DNA from: Tubulanus polymorphus
Taxonomy: Eukaryota > Animalia > Nemertea
Direction of reading: 5' to 3'
Assembly (NCBI RefSeq): GCF_964204645.1
Contig: NW_027437491.1
Span: 1-23,339 of the forward strand
Length of the DNA stretch: 23,339 nt
The translations under genes were made by a program, and so were the position numbers. Below, piece after piece: positions 22,239 through 23,339 of this stretch. The number at the start of each line of letters is the position of its first letter. The first letter of the stretch is position 1. A model generated the notes under the pieces. That model was not told the origin of the DNA. It worked only from the letters and a program-made list of their open reading frames with translations, and searched no databases.

Positions 22239-22677
22239 TTTTTCATCAGGTGGCGTTGAACATTGAAATTTCCAGATTGTCAAGCAATTCACCATATGGC
22301 TTATAATCAAGTCATTAAGAGTGAAAAAACTTAGCTGTTATATGCAGAAGACTGTTAGAAAAAGCTATATAATTTAATCATCATCCCAAGCAGCTGAAGT
22401 TGATTTATTTATCCTCGTAAAGAAATCATTGTATACTTTTGCTTAATTTTTTTCAAATGGTTATCATTTCAGAACAATGTCGAAAGGAGAAGGGTGCAAA
22501 AGAGGCCAACATAAGACATGCAATTACTCAAAAATTTATAAAATTTATGAAGATGAATAAATCAGTTAGTATGGAAAATGTGAATCTCTTGAGTGTTCAT
22601 TCTAAACAGCACATAGATTAAGGAGATTTCCTCACATGGTGGTTTGATTTGAATTCAACAAAAAATGGCAATCAAAG

Positions 22678-23143
22678 ACACATGTATTTAGCATGAAGTA
22701 CACGTGTAAGACACGTGTAATATTGGATGAAATACACGTGTAATTAGGATAAAGTACACGTGCAACACTGGATGAAATACACGTGTAATTAGGATGAAGT
22801 ACACGTGTGGGATAAAGTACATGTGTAATACAGGATGAAATACACGTGTAATAAGGATGAACTACACGTGTAGTTAGGATGAAGTACACGTTTAATTTGG
22901 ATGAAGTACACGTGTAATACACGTGTAATTAGGATAAAGTACATGTGTAATACAGGATGAAATACACGTGTAATAAGGATGAACTACACGTGTAGTTAGG
23001 ATGAAGTACACGTGTAATTTGGATGAAGTACACGTGTAATACACGTGTAATTAGGATGAAGTACACGTGTAATTGGGATAAAGTACACGTGTAAAATTGG
23101 GCCAATTTTACACGTGTATTTTCATTTACAATTACACGTGTAC
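22678..23143. repeat. Right subterminal array, ~22-bp unit TACACGTGTAATTAGGATGAA(A/G), about 20 or more copies
   Basis: Read directly. It includes a ~122-bp higher-order duplication (22811/22933) and a perfect 17-bp-arm hairpin at 23084-23118. Confidence 0.95.
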
Positions 23144-23339
23144 CATTTTCGTAAGATGAATCTGGCTCGATGATATCGATATTATATTGATATTGATGAT
23201 ATTTCACTTATTTTAAGGGATTTCTGCCACTTTCATCTAATTTAAAGCTATCGCGACTACGGATACATGATCCAATCAACAAATCATATTATTAGAGAGC
23301 ATTACTTCAATATTTGCACTTTTTGCACTTATCCAGATG

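Larger units (their letters stand above)
19465..22621 (+). pseudogene. Spliced BEN-domain-like second gene of the transposon (remnant exons ~19465-19679, 20851-21053, 22473-22621)
   Basis: Exon 20851-21053 (after removing a 4-bp TGCA duplication) plus a phase-1 join to 22473 gives KPNTVGCMLLSTHLKEELIVKA..KKLDPNRVS*II|QQCRKEKGAKEANIRHAITQKF, matching the BEN pattern LL..F..EEL..LDP.KV..I..I..K. The GT/AG sites are canonical and there are several stops. The first exon (NWAESDTVSLFEVKHI..WK..YKGRVVDCSG) is a weaker call. Confidence 0.6.
17171..23155. mobile_element. Decayed ~6-kb CMC/EnSpm (CACTA-like) DNA transposon
   Basis: TIRs CTTATGAAAATGGTACACGTGTA (17173) and TACACGTGTACCATTTTCGTAAG (to 23155) match at 22 of 23 positions. 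Subterminal repeat arrays lie at both ends and transposase-like remnants inside. The extreme right terminus and TSD are eroded. Confidence 0.8.

Noticed and set aside
22632-23207. YTC/TRV-rich minus-strand ORFs
   Set aside because: These are translations of the TACACGTGTA array.

Overview
AT-rich, repeat-dense eukaryotic (animal, probably marine invertebrate) DNA. It has no intact long ORF, and most entries in the ORF track are artefacts of repeats. All domain and family calls were made by eye. From 5' to 3': (1) ~190-2975, a GC/CpG-rich insertion with a 63/73-bp minisatellite, ending in a possible polypurine tract, LTR start and tRNA-like box A/B. (2) ~3000-13000, tandem copies of a ~1.2-kb unit, each carrying a candidate 114-nt phase-1/phase-1 exon. 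Each unit has been independently invaded by a ~1.2-1.4-kb Helentron-associated non-autonomous element (HINE/DINE-1 type) whose 154-bp internal repeats each carry a near-consensus CTCF motif. A possible degenerate terminal exon with a Myb/SANT-like start lies at 13729. (3) 17171-23155, a ~6-kb decayed CMC/EnSpm(CACTA)-like DNA transposon with TIRs and subterminal arrays of the palindrome TACACGTGTA. It holds a spliced transposase pseudogene on the minus strand, a divergent spliced BEN-domain-like pseudogene on the plus strand, a nested 250-bp-arm foldback element and another HINE. Comparing paralogous copies also shows recurrent TA to TA-GGCC-TA and TA to TA-CTG-TA micro-insertions that look like transposon excision footprints.
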